A DNA stretch of 64,000 bases, from positions 149,393,208-149,457,207 of the forward strand of contig NC_068983.1 of NCBI RefSeq assembly GCF_001194135.2. Reading direction: 5' to 3'. Origin of the DNA: Octopus bimaculoides. Taxonomy: Eukaryota. A program made the position numbers and the translations under genes. Positions 1-11,559 of this stretch are shown one piece after another (position 1 is the first letter of the stretch; every line of letters starts with the position of its first letter). The notes under the pieces are model-generated. The model did no database searches. It worked only from the letters and a program-made list of their open reading frames with translations, and was not told the DNA's origin.

Positions 1-370
1 CTCACTGCGACACATGTTACGGAAGGCGCTTTTTGCACTTCTGTCATTCAGCAAGTCAATGAACTATTCTTGGATGACATAATCTTCTGACGGAAAGTCA
101 ACAACAGATTGCAAAGGGATTGGTGATGAAATGGTAAACTTTTTCAAAGTTTTGTAAGTCAGGGAAGTATCTTTGAACTTCAGTATAAACAATTAAGACA
201 TGCTGTTTCATTATGTCGAGGATGTCAGCATCAACTCAAATGCCATCTTCATCAAAGAAAGTATTGAGGTTTGGAAATGGTGCAAAATTCTCACATTCCA
301 GTTTAGAATGCTACAAATGGAGCTTCATTTTAAATGTAGTCATTTTTTCATGACAGTGGACTTCAGGGTC
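1..370 (-). mobile_element. Degenerate hAT (Charlie/ZBED-like) DNA transposase remnant, continuing off the left edge
   Basis: Minus-strand translation HEKMTTFKMKLHL*HSKLECENFAPFPNLNTFF...IMKQHVLIVYTEVQRYFPDLQNFEKVYHFITNPF resembles the hAT C-terminal pattern K.KL.LW...F..FP.L...HL..L..EF.RYFP...NPF. It contains stops and a frameshift. Family assigned by motif recall. Confidence 0.65.
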
Positions 371-510
371 AAATGACTTGAACAATTATGGCCATTCCCC
401 TCAAACATTCTCTTTTGAATCGCACATTATGAACTACTTCTTCAATTGGTTTTCTAGTGTCCTGTCAAGCCAACCATTTCTGCTCTGAGATTAAAAACTA
501 GTTAAATTAA

Positions 511-847
511 ACCTTCTGGGTTCAGTCTCATTGCATGGCACTCTGGGCAAGTGTTTTAACTACAGCCTCAGGCCAACCAAAGCCATGTGAGTGGATTTGG
601 TAGGCGGAAACTGAAAGACACCCATTGTATATATATATATGTCTGTGCATGTGTGTGTCTTTGTGTCTGTGTTTATCTGCCATCACCACTCAACAACTGG
701 TGTTGGTTTGTGTCTGTCCCTGCAACTTAGCAGTTTGGCAAAGGAGATCAGCAAAATAAGTACCAGGTTTGAAAAAAGTACTGGGGTTCATTTGTTTGAC
801 TGGATTTCTTCAAGGTGGTGCCCTAGCATGACTGAAACAAGTAAAAG
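511..847 (+). mobile_element. SINE family A (tRNA-like head, CORE-like segment, internal microsatellite), 5' end eroded
   Basis: GGGTTCAGTCTC B-box-like motif, then GGCACTCTGGGCAAGTG (CORE-like), internal (TA/TG)n, and tail GACTGAAACAAGTAAAAG. Homologous to copies at 1250-1648 and 27850-28612. Confidence 0.8.
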
Positions 848-879
848 TTATTTTAGTCTCACAGTGAAAGATTGTTTTT

Positions 880-985
880 CATACACTGTTCACTTTCTTG
901 ACTTTTGTACTTACTTCTATGTACTTTACATGCATCTTTGATGAGTTGTAGTGCACCTGAGCACTATACACAATAAACCTATTGT
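880..985 (+). mobile_element. 3' terminal fragment of the CR1/L2-group LINE
   Basis: GAGTTGTAGTGCACCTGAGCACTATACACAATAA is homologous to the reverse complement of the 3' ends at 37790-37910 and 43516-43630. Confidence 0.6.
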
Positions 986-1249
986 AAACCTTTGTGAATT
1001 CTTATACTTTCTTATCTTTGTTACAACTTCATTTCATTATCGTTTGCAGTTGAGTCAGGTACTCAGTACAAAAGCATTTTCAGATTACCTTCTTAGCACT
1101 TCTGCAAACAGATGTCAGTTATATAGTGCTCCCACTTTTTAAACTGGTGATTTGAACTTACTCCTGGTATTTATCTATATTACATAGATGTGTCAGTGCT
1201 ATTTAAGTACCTTGGGGAGCTATGATTCTCATATCTATATGGTTTAGAT

Positions 1250-1648
1250 TCTTTTATTTTTTACTTGTTTCAATCATTAGACTGTGGCCATGCTGGGGCA
1301 CTGTCTCGAAGAATTTTACTTGAATGAATTAACCCCAGTACTTATTTTTATAAAGCCTGGTTTATTCTATCGGTCTCTTTTGCTGAACTGATAAGTCATT
1401 AGGACATAAACACACCAACACCAGTTGTCACATAGTAGTGGGGGACAAACACAGACACAAAGACACACACATAAACACATACACATATACGACAGGCTTC
1501 TTTCAGTTTCTATCTACGAAATCCACTCTCTAGGCTTTTGTGTGCCCAAGCTCTAGTAGATGACACTTGCCTGAGGCACCATGCAGTGGGACTGAACCCA
1601 GAACCATGTAGTTGGGAAGCAAGCTTCTTACCACAAAGCCACGCCTGT
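1250..1648 (-). mobile_element. SINE family A, near full length (about 400 bp)
   Basis: Minus strand begins CAGGCGTGGCTTTGTGGTAAGAAGCTTGCTTCCC...GGGTTCAGTCCCACTGCATGG (tRNA-like A/B boxes), followed by a CORE-like segment, a (TG)n tract and a GAAACAAGTAAAAAATAAAAGA tail. Confidence 0.85.
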
Positions 1649-3787
1649 GTTGTTTCCAAAACTTAATTAACTTGTCAGTTTTTTTGTTGTACTCTTTCGT
1701 TAATTATTTATCTTCAGTCTGTAGCATCAAGTCAGAGCTTATCCTGGTTGCTATGGTGTACAAGTGATCAATAGCACAATACTCCCCCACCTGAAACAAA
1801 TGCCAGTTTATTATTTATAACAAATTACAGAAACCTTATGTTATATTGTAATCGCAAGAAATGTGACAGTGTTTAGTTTACATATGGCATAAGCTACTTT
1901 TAAAACAACAATTAATATTTAATTTCTGTCGAGATTTATCTACCTGTATACTAATATCTGTTGTAACTGCTTCTCAGATTTAGTACTAGCAAATTAGTTT
2001 GTTTTTTTTTTTAATTTTTTTTTAATCTGAACTTAACTGAATAGCTTTGTTTATATTCATGTAAATGAGCTGATTAGTTTAGCATGCACCTGAAATAAGG
2101 TTAAAAGCTTAAGCTTAGTTAATCTTTATTATCATAGTTGTTGTTATTTTTTTCTATGATTGAAAATGTATGAAAATTGTAATCTCTTTAATTAACATTA
2201 ATATATATAATTGCTCTGAGTATTTTAATCTAGCATATTATGACATAAAAGTATATTGCTTCAGTTAATAATTGATGTTTAGAGTCCGGTTTTAATTAAG
2301 CAATCTTAATGAATATTTCAAGTCTTGATTTCTTGGAAGTTTTATATCATTGTCATTGCAATAAAACTAAGATTCCATGTACCAATTTTTCCCCTTTTTT
2401 TTTTTTTTTAATTTTTTTTTTTTTTGAGTGAACAAAATCATATTGACAGGCTACAGACATAGCTGTATGATTAAGAAGTTCACTTCATAATCAATTGGTT
2501 CCTGGTTTTATCTTGCTGCATAGCACCTTAAGCAAGTATCCCCCCTTCTCATCTTTGAGCTGAATAAAACTTGGAGTAAAATTTGGTAGATGGAAGGTTT
2601 AGGGAAGCCTATAGAGTATGTGTGTACACACACACACACACACACACACCTCTAAATTGATTCTCAAAAGTGTTTAGCAATGTACTATGGTCATTTTGTC
2701 TATCATACTTATTGTGTGTGTATGTCATGTATATAGAAGAATTGATGTGTCAAACAAAAGTATCTTATGCTATCTCATTCCACTACCCATGTCCATTTTG
2801 GCTTTCTTTCTTCCTTTCTTTCTTTTGTACTTATTTGAAAAAATAAGTACCAGAAAAAGTACTTGGGTTGATAAAATCGACTAAAACCCTTGAAACCAGT
2901 GCCTTAATCAAGGGCATTTATGAAATGAATTCAACAGAAGTTGAAATCTTACAATGATTCTTTACTGTTTACTCTAAGAGACATGTCATTGAGTAATTAA
3001 ATAACTTCCAACCTATTTGATTACTGAATTATAAATGAATGAAATATTAATCTTAATTTAGCACAAGACTTTTAAGTTATGAGTGAATGGGAAGCTTTAC
3101 AGTTGATCTGAGAGAAGATTAATTATTCCATCCCGATTACTCATACTAAGTATTTAATAATACGTTTTGGGAACTTTGTTATTGGTAGCTCTGTAAGAAG
3201 GAATTGGTATTCAAACCATCAGATTTCAAAAGTTAATTGTAATTTTATCAAATCAGTCTCAAAAATTTTTAGCTACAGAATTTAATTGATGAAATTTCAA
3301 TGGTTTTTAATTAATGTTTTTTAGCATGTGTTAAGGATTGTGTTAAATAGATTATCACAATTCCATTAAATCACACCCTAAAAGTTTTTTTAGCTTCAAA
3401 AGTTCAACTAATGAATTTAAAAAAAAAAAAAAATCATCCCTTTCCAAGAACAGTAAATTTGGATAAATTTTCTGAAACAACAAATTTGATTTTTTGACTT
3501 CTATAATGTTAACATGATTATATCTACAAACAAAAGTACATATGCATACACATCTTGTCTTTCAGTATATAGGAAAAATTCCTTCTGAATCAGCTAACAT
3601 CTATTAGATATAGTCTGAACATTTACATATTTAGTACTGATATTTTAGCTACTAAATTTTGTTCCTTCTATATTTTGTAACCAGCAATATAACTGAAGTT
3701 TAGTAAATTATAGTTTGTTTGAGTTCAGCTGCCTCTGGCACTATACTGGGGACCTGGTAAAGTTACTTAAATCTTTTTACCAGTGTA

Positions 3788-4138
3788 CGTCGTCGTCGTC
3801 GTTTAACGTCTGCTTTCCATGCTAGCATGGGTTGGACGATTTGACTGAGGACTGGTGAAACCAGATGGCTACACCAGGCTCCAATCTGATTTGGCAGAGT
3901 TTCTACAGCTGGATGCCCTTCCTAACGCCAACCACTCAGAGAGTGTAGTGGGTGCTTTTACGTGTCACCCGCACGAAGGCCAGTCAGGCGGTACTGGCAA
4001 CGGCCACGCTCATCTCGCTCGAGAAACCTCATGTGTCACCCACACAAGAGCCAGCCCAGGGGCACCGGCAACGATCCCGCTCGAAAATCCTACATAAAAC
4101 CCCACACAAGAGCCAGCTCAGGGGCACTGGCAACGATC
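3788..4138 (-). mobile_element. Young RTE LINE 3' UTR copy, 5'-truncated, with (GAC)n tail
   Basis: Terminal module CCCATGCTAGCATGGAAAGCAGACGTTAAACGACGACG on the minus strand and an internal array of GGCACTGGCAACG units. The same UTR follows RTE ORF2 ends at 17116 and 33340. Confidence 0.9.
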
Positions 4139-4218
4139 ATTTTAAATAGACAGTTCACTGCTTTGAGTAACGGATGCATTGTCTAAGTGTTATGTGTAAA
4201 GTTCATATCTTTCTTCAG

Positions 4219-4302
4219 GTTCCAGAGAAAGCAGTTGAAAACAACTTAAAGTATTCTCTTGAATCTATTTCAAAAAGACAATCTCCAGTGATGTCTCAAT
4301 AA
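4219..4302 (+). CDS. Candidate terminal coding exon (VPEKAVENNLKYSLESISKRQSPVMSQ*) of an unidentified upstream gene
   Basis: Acceptor ttcatatctttcttcag|G, then 27 open codons to TAA at 4300-4302. AATAAA at 4518 and 4777. No homology recognised. Confidence 0.4.
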   Translation, partial: VPEKAVENNLKYSLESISKRQSPVMSQ

Positions 4303-4579
4303 CCCAAAACAGTCACAGGACATAACCTACATATATGTAATGATATAATGGACAAGTGGTTAAATTTCTAGATTACTGATTTTCTATCCCTACCCTAAAA
4401 ATGTAGCAATTCTACTATCTGCAAAGCACTATACTCTTCATGTGTCTATTTATCTCAATTGACTTGGTTGAAAAATTATTACTTTTCTAATTGTATAGTT
4501 AGGGTAGCCATTTATAAAATAAAACATCTGCAGCAAAGCAATTTTACTAAATTTGTCAGAACCATCTGTGTATGTGTGT

Positions 4580-4766
4580 CCTGGTGTTGGTTTGTTTACA
4601 CCTCAGTAACTTAGTAGTTCAACAAAAGAAATCAATAGAATAAGAACCAGGCCTTAAAAATATGTACTAATGTATTAGGGTTGGTTCATTCAGCTAAAAC
4701 CCTTCAAAGTGGTACCCCAACATTGCTGCAGTCAAATGACTGGAACAAGTAAAAGATAAAAGATAA
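4580..4766 (+). mobile_element. SINE family A, 3' half
   Basis: TGGTGTTGGTTTGTTTACACC...AACTTAGTAGTTC...GCAGTCAAATGACTGGAACAAGTAAAAGATAAAAGA matches the 3' half of the copy at 511-847. Confidence 0.75.
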
Positions 4767-5789
4767 ATCTTAGAGTAATAAAATGCCAAGTTAACACATA
4801 AGGTTTGAACCAAAAAAGCATATGCTTTCAAATGTTTTTCAGCAAGTTAAAATTCTGGTGCTGTTACCACTGTGCTAACCTGTCCTAATCCACTTGAATC
4901 TAAACTGTGGAAAATAGATGTTTTCATTCTGTCTGCACTCCTCAGCTAAGGCTTTCAATTAGATAACTAGATTTATTTACATTATACATATTTTAGGTAT
5001 TCTGATCTATGCTGTGTTCTGCATAAATATGCACCAGATGAAAATCTGTTTGAGAGCATAAAATAAGATTGAATAATGTAGTTATATGCTGAAGTCATTT
5101 TGTAGAAGTGAAATTTAGGTCATGAATTCCTATCTAGTTGCTTCAGCTTACAAGCTATAAAAAACACAACCATAATGAATGACTCACAAGACACTATTCC
5201 TTTAAAATAATAAATAATGTTCCAGAAAATCAGCTTATATCTCATAAAGTCAGTGTTTGAGTTACTGGCAAGTGATGGCTCAAGAAAACACTGGCCAAAA
5301 CTGAAGTGTGTTGCTTAAAGCCATTGAATATAGTAATTTCTTTGGATATACTGGCTGCAAAAAAACTGACCTCCTATCAAAGAATTGTTTTCATTCGCTA
5401 GGTTTTTTTTTTTTTATATTTGTCCTTTGCAGTTCTACCGATTTTCCTAATTTTGATTTTTTTTTTTGCCATACCAAAAAACCCTAAACAAAGGAGTTTC
5501 TACCTTAGCAATCTCCAGTCTTTTCTCATTGTGACCCATCAGTTATCTTCCATGACAGTTTTTAAATATTTATTTAAATATAATTCTCCAGAAATACCAT
5601 GACTGCAATCCAAGTAAAACCAGTAAAAAAAAAATAAGAGTAGTGTGCAATTGGCTCTTTTCTTGGGGAAATAATCCTCAGCTTTTGTCATAAATGTGGG
5701 TTATTCATGAACATTTTATATTTTGTCACATATTTCAAAAGATGAGGTTTTGTCTTCATGACTAATAGGTTGGGAATTGCTGCTCTACA

Positions 5790-6200
5790 TGTTCACTTGA
5801 CATGCTAGAAATAACAGCCAAATCTCACTCAAAAGTGCATTGTAACCATCTTAAAGAAAGAATACAGATAATGTAGTACTACATATTCATAAAAACGATG
5901 GATGTCATAATTGAAATACCTTTAACCCTTTAGCATTTGAACTGACCCATATCCAACCCAAATATTCTATATGTTTTATGTTAAAACCAGCCAGATCAAA
6001 CCTCTCACACCTGCCCTACAACATCATTCTAAAAATAAACAATCACATCATTGAAATCTCAAAACCACAAGTTAATGCATGATTAATACAAAACAATGTG
6101 AAGAAATAAGCATTCTATTTGACAGAGTAATCTGAACGCGAAAGGGTTAATTATTAGTCAGCTCAGTTAGGGCTATCCTGAGGTGAAACAACTACAACCA
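5790..6200 (+). mobile_element. Interspersed repeat family C (SINE-like, (AAC)n tail), interrupted by a MITE
   Basis: CTAGAAATAACAGCCAAATCTC...GATAATGTAGT...GGGCTATCCTGAGGTGAAACAACTACAAC, homologous to copies near 15545, 23870, 28680, 30150, 50760 and 56010. Confidence 0.7.
5926..6146. mobile_element. piggyBac-type MITE (221 bp)
   Basis: TTAA at 5922-5925 and 6147-6150. Termini CCCTTTAGCATT and AACGCGAAAGGG form an imperfect 12-bp inverted repeat (10/12). TTAA target and CCC termini are piggyBac hallmarks. Confidence 0.8.
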
Positions 6201-6224
6201 GTCTTCACGGGAGAGTTGTGATAA

Positions 6225-6820
6225 AAAAAAATCAACCCCCAGTGAATTATAGGCATTTATTTAATCATCTTCATGGGAATGAAAGGTAAAGTTAGTTATG
6301 TTGACTTTGTGAGGTAAGATTAAACACTGTGAAGTATTTAGTCATATACTGTGCCATTTCTGCCAAATTGCTGCCCTCATTCTTGCTAATATTTGACTAG
6401 TAGCTACTTGACTAATAGGATTTACTGCACTTCTTAGATATATTTCAGTCTGTTCATCATATTAATTCATGCCTCAGTTACCTATTGCAGCTCATTGTGT
6501 TTTTAATTATTGCATCAATCAATTAGAAGGTGAGGGATAAAAATTAGAAAGCTATATCTATTGAAAGTAGGATCAACAAGAAATAATTAAGAGACTGTCA
6601 TTTTTAAATTACTTCTTTGATACTTCTGCACTTGAATGAACTAGATTTTTATTATCGCAATATTATAACTTTCTAATTTAGACACAAGGCCAACAGTTTT
6701 GGCAGGAAAGGGGTTAGTCAATATAACCAACTCCATTACTTGACTGTGTTTTATTTTATTAATCCCGAAAGAATGAAAAAGCAAAGTTGACCTTGCTAAG
6801 ATTTGAGCTCAGGTTGTAAA
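6225..6820 (-). mobile_element. Two decayed SINE family B copies (about 6225-6375 and 6670-6820)
   Basis: GAATGAAAGGTAAAGTT / GAATGAAAAAGCAAAGTTGACC...GATTTGAGCTCAG motifs are shared with the well-preserved copy at 43270-43490. Confidence 0.6.
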
Positions 6821-7019
6821 GAGCCCAAAGAAATAATGAAAGGCATTTTTTTAGGATGTTCTTATGACTCTGTCAGCTTTCTCCCATATATTTTACCATT
6901 ACGACTGATTATTCTCTTTGAAAAGAAAAGTATGTATGTATGCACACTCACACAGACACTCACATGCATGCGCACACACACACACGCACACACACATGCA
7001 TGCATGCACTACTCCCCAC

Positions 7020-7205
7020 CTCAGTAGAGGGATCTTGCCTCGTAGGTTACTTCATGACCTTGCTGGTGTTGGTACCATGTAAAAAGCATTCAGCACACTG
7101 TAAATTGAGTGGCATTTGGAAGGACATCCAACCATAGAAACAATGTCAAAGCTGGCTGTAGATCTTGGTGTAGTCCAGCTCACTAGTTCCTGTCAAACCA
7201 TCCAA
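7020..7205 (+). mobile_element. Old-subfamily RTE 3' UTR fragment
   Basis: GGTACCATGTAAAAAGCA...GGCATTTGGAAGGACATCCAACCATAGAAAC...GTCAAACCATCCAA is a diverged version of the RTE terminal module. Confidence 0.7.
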
Positions 7206-7223
7206 TACACACACACACATATA

Positions 7224-7541
7224 TCATCATCATCATCATCATCGTTTAACGTGCGCTTTCCATGCTAGCATGGGTTGGACGATTTGACTGAGGACTGGTG
7301 AAACCGGATGGCTACACCAGGCTCCAATCTAATTTGGCAGATTTTCTACAGCTGGATGCCCTTCCTAACGCCAACCACTCAGAGAGTGTAGTGGGTGCTT
7401 TTACGTGTCACCCGCACGAAAACAGCCACGCTCGAAATGGTGTCTTTTATGTGCCACCCGCACAAGAGCCAGTCCAGGGGCACTGGCAACGATCTCGCTC
7501 GAAAACCCTACAAGGCCAGTCAGGCGGTACTGGCAACGGTC
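7224..7541 (-). mobile_element. Young RTE 3' UTR copy running into an assembly gap
   Basis: (CAT)n CGTTTAACGTGCGCTTTCCATGCTAGCATGGG tail. Near-identical to the reverse complement of 17116-17494. Confidence 0.9.
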
Positions 7542-8689
7542 NNNNNNNNNNNNNNNNNNNNNNNNNNNNNNNNNNNNNNNNNNNNNNNNNNNNNNNNNNN
7601 NNNNNNNNNNNNNNNNNNNNNNNNNNNNNNNNNNNNNNNNNNNNNNNNNNNNNNNNNNNNNNNNNNNNNNNNNNNNNNNNNNNNNNNNNNNNNNNNNNNN
7701 NNNNNNNNNNNNNNNNNNNNNNNNNNNNNNNNNNNNNNNNNNNNNNNNNNNNNNNNNNNNNNNNNNNNNNNNNNNNNNNNNNNNNNNNNNNNNNNNNNNN
7801 NNNNNNNNNNNNNNNNNNNNNNNNNNNNNNNNNNNNNNNNNNNNNNNNNNNNNNNNNNNNNNNNNNNNNNNNNNNNNNNNNNNNNNNNNNNNNNNNNNNN
7901 NNNNNNNNNNNNNNNNNNNNNNNNNNNNNNNNNNNNNNNNNNNNNNNNNNNNNNNNNNNNNNNNNNNNNNNNNNNNNNNNNNNNNNNNNNNNNNNNNNNN
8001 NNNNNNNNNNNNNNNNNNNNNNNNNNNNNNNNNNNNNNNNNNNNNNNNNNNNNNNNNNNNNNNNNNNNNNNNNNNNNNNNNNNNNNNNNNNNNNNNNNNN
8101 NNNNNNNNNNNNNNNNNNNNNNNNNNNNNNNNNNNNNNNNNNNNNNNNNNNNNNNNNNNNNNNNNNNNNNNNNNNNNNNNNNNNAAAATATATTGCATAC
8201 TGCTACTTCATTACTGATGAACTAATACCAAAGAACTTCATATAGGTGCAGCATTATGTGCTTAAGAAGTTCACCTCACAATTGCATAGTTCCTAGTTCA
8301 ATCCCACCGGAAGGTGCTTAGTGAAATGTCTTCAACTCACTTTGGGCTGACTAATATTTTGTAAATGAAATTTGAGAGGCAAAAACTGTGCAGCAGCCTA
8401 TAGTGTGTGTGTGTGTGTGTGTGTGTGTGCTTTACTTGTATCAAATTGCATCTCTTTGTCAAATTTTAATAGAGATCAATATAGTACCAATCTGGATTGA
8501 ACTGTTGAGGAACTAACTATTGGTGGTTTCCTTTGTTATGTAGTGATGTGAAGATATACTGGGGTTGCTTCCCCTTACATTTATTTGTTAAAATTTGCGT
8601 TAGTTTTACAAGCTAATGAGATGTTTCTTTATTATAATAATGTTCTAAAGTGGTGCAATGATAAAGATGATAGCATACCAAACTGTGTG

Positions 8690-9190
8690 ACTGAGTGACT
8701 TTGATATTTAATTTTGTTTCTTTACATTTTGAGTTCAAATCTTGCTGCATCAATTTAGTTTTCATCATCTGTATTTGTTGCTCAAATCCCCTTATATTCT
8801 GAGTTCCAATCCTGCTGATGTTGACTGGCTTTTATTGAAGTCAGCAAAACAGATAATGAGTACTATAGTTGAATAAACCAATTGTACCCTCATATCCCAA
8901 ATTGGAAACCTTCTACCAAATTTAGAAATCATTATTTCTAGAGCAGTGCTTTGAGGCACTTCTTTACATTCTGTGTTAAATTCCTACCAAGGGCAACTTT
9001 GCCTTTCATTCTTTCAAGATTGTATTGGGGTTGATGTTACAGACTTGCCCCCTCCCTCAAAATTACTGTCCTTGTGCCTAAATTTAAAAAAATATTTTTG
9101 CAGTAAAAAATGCAAGAATGGCAGTGCATTTGATTAAATGTTTCACAGTGTTTATTTTCATGTGTTCATAATTGAAGTTCAAATCCCTTT
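8690..9190 (+). mobile_element. Head-to-tail cluster of several decayed SINE family B copies
   Basis: The B-box-like motif ACATTTTGAGTTCAAATC / ATATTCTGAGTTCCAATC / ACATTCTGTGTTAAATTC / TGAAGTTCAAATCC recurs four times, with CTTGTGCCTAAATTT-type tails. Confidence 0.6.
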
Positions 9191-9779
9191 GGAATAATAA
9201 AATACTAATGATATTTTGGAATGAAATTTATCAGCTATGCTCCTCTCCTATGAAAAAATTGCTTTGTACTCATCAAAAGAATTCAGTAATAATGATTTGT
9301 TACTCAGGAATAAAGGCTCAGATTTTTAGGTGAAGAGAAGTGAGGCAACCATACTGTTTTGTACCTTTCCCAATATCATTAGTGACCTATGAGATGTGAT
9401 TTGCTCTGAACTGAAACTGGATTAGTTGACCAAGATTTTACTGCACCAAAATTCAATCTTGTTTTCTGTGTGAGATGATTCATTCATCAGTTATTAGAAG
9501 GAAAGTTATTTCTTAGGAACTATAGAATTCTTTTACATGACATGTAAACTGTTAATGATATTTTTATGCCAAATATGAACAATAAAGAAAATCATTACAT
9601 ATGAAGTAAAAAGTGGAAGGAATACTGAGAATAGTCACTTAGGAAGGATCAAGGAAGTTGGACACCCTAAATGACCTCAACTCTAGACAACAGTATTATT
9701 GAACTGCAGGAAAAACTGAAGATTTATTCATCAGTGCCTACTTTTCATAAAATTCTCTGAAATAGAAAGTGATAAATAT

Positions 9780-9922
9780 GTTTGAGCGTGGCCGTTGCCA
9801 GTACCGCCTGACTGGCTCCTGTAGGATTTTCGAGCGAGATCGTTGCCAGTGCCCCTGGACTGGCTTGTGCGGGTGGCACATAAAAGACACCATTTCGAGC
9901 GTGGCCGTTTTCGTGCGGGTGA
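9780..9922 (+). mobile_element. Young RTE 3' UTR array running into an assembly gap
   Basis: TTTGAGCGTGGCCGTTGCCAGTACCGCC...GATCGTTGCCAGTGCCCCTGG...TTTTCGTGCGGGTGA is near-identical to the reverse complement of 7400-7541. Confidence 0.9.
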
Positions 9923-10745
9923 NNNNNNNNNNNNNNNNNNNNNNNNNNNNNNNNNNNNNNNNNNNNNNNNNNNNNNNNNNNNNNNNNNNNNNNNNNNNNN
10001 NNNNNNNNNNNNNNNNNNNNNNNNNNNNNNNNNNNNNNNNNNNNNNNNNNNNNNNNNNNNNNNNNNNNNNNNNNNNNNNNNNNNNNNNNNNNNNNNNNNN
10101 NNNNNNNNNNNNNNNNNNNNNNNNNNNNNNNNNNNNNNNNNNNNNNNNNNNNNNNNNNNNNNNNNNNNNNNNNNNNNNNNNNNNNNNNNNNNNNNNNNNN
10201 NNNNNNNNNNNNNNGTTTAATTTCAGTTGATTAAAAGTTACTTTTGGTTCACTACATTATGTAACTATTATATTTTTCATGCAGAAGGCAACCCTAAGAA
10301 ATTGTGTTTATGAAATTCTGCTTGACTTTTTTTGGTAGCAAGCAGGACAGGCCTCACAGTGATCTACATCGACAGTCAAAACTAGCTCTCATAATGGCTA
10401 AATGTTATCAATCGCATAGAAAATGGACTCTCTGCCTTCTTTGCACTTCTATAACCACCCAAGTAATTATATTTCATACCTATCCAACTTAATTTCTATT
10501 GTTAGTTGCTTAAAAAAGTAGCCCTAGTGCCATAGCATAGTGTAAATGCAGAAGTAAATTTACACACAGGAAAAAGCACTCAGACTTTTGTTTCCAGGTG
10601 TCATTGTATTATTTGAAAAGCTTGTAACTGCTGGACCAAGATGGCATACTAGTCAACTGTTTTCTACATTATCCTTTCTGAATCCTCACCACATTAGTTG
10701 ATTGTAAGATTGCATTGAGTGAACATCTCTAGCCTTTTCTGCAAG

Positions 10746-11295
10746 ATGACTTACTCAATAGCAGAAAGAGTGGAAATTGAGGAAAGCATATATGAGAACA
10801 AGTTCTGCTAAGCAAACATGTGAAATTTTTGAAGTCAGGTTTCCAAGCAAAGACTTACTGACAAAAAGAATGATACAAATGTTGGTTGAGAACTGGTGTA
10901 CTATGGGGTCAGTGCACAGTTCTCCAAGACTAATAAATCCTACAGTTCAAATGCCAGAAGTTATTCAGTACAAGGATTACTCAAAGACCAAAGAAGTCAA
11001 CACATAAGTTGGCACAGTAGTCTCACATAAGCAGGAGGTTATGCCAATGAGTGTTGAGAAGTCTAATGTTTAAGCTATGTCATTTCACATGTGTACATCC
11101 AATTAGAAGTGGATGACAAGAGCAAACAAGTAAATTACTGCACGTGGCTTCTGAATAGCAGTTATGAGCAGTCAAAATTAGACTATGACACTTGCAAATG
11201 AAAGGCTGGGTGCTTTTTCATGTGTGTAAATTTATTTCTGTATTAACACTATGCTATCAAACCCGGGTTACTTTTTCATGGATCACCCTGTATAA
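10746..11295 (+). mobile_element. Degenerate Tc1/mariner (maT/DD37D-like, DUF4817-type N-terminus) transposon
   Basis: MTYSIAERVEI/(frameshift)KAYMRTSSAKQTCEIFEVRFPSKDLLTKRMIQMLVENWCTMGSVHSSPR resembles the maT helix-turn-helix. The element ends in TCACCCTGTATA, the reverse complement of a TACAGGGTG-type TIR plus TA. Left TIR not found. Confidence 0.65.
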
Positions 11296-11559
11296 TCAGT
11301 AACATGTAGTCCTTTAGTGGTTGGAAACAAAGTATACAGCTCTAACTTTTGTCAAACACTAAATAATTAGATTATTTCATCAAAAGATGAAACCGCATAA
11401 ATAATTATTTTTCTTTCATGTTGATGTTGCAAAAAAGAGAATGTTTTAAAGAAATATTAGTGATTACTTAGTTTTTAAAAACGCTTCCTTAGCAATCATA
11501 ACATTTACTCAGTAATAATTGTTTCTAACAGAGGCACATTGCTGGAGATTTGGATGGAA

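Noticed and set aside
3855-4186. Recurring peptide MKPDGYTRLQSDLAEFLQLDALPNANHSESVVGAFTCH (also 7298, 17111, 22828, 29783, 38966), which resembles a multi-copy gene family
   Set aside because: It is an antisense frame of the non-coding RTE terminal module; copies differ by stops and frameshifts.
8210-8230. CTGATGA motifs (also about 18727, 23313, 24555, 38253) as Penelope-type hammerhead ribozyme cores
   Set aside because: I could not find flanking helices with a correctly placed GAAA and cleavage triplet.
7298-10230. Long ORFs of 125-315 aa in the ORF track
   Set aside because: They run through N gaps (X residues). The real bases are RTE 3' UTR.
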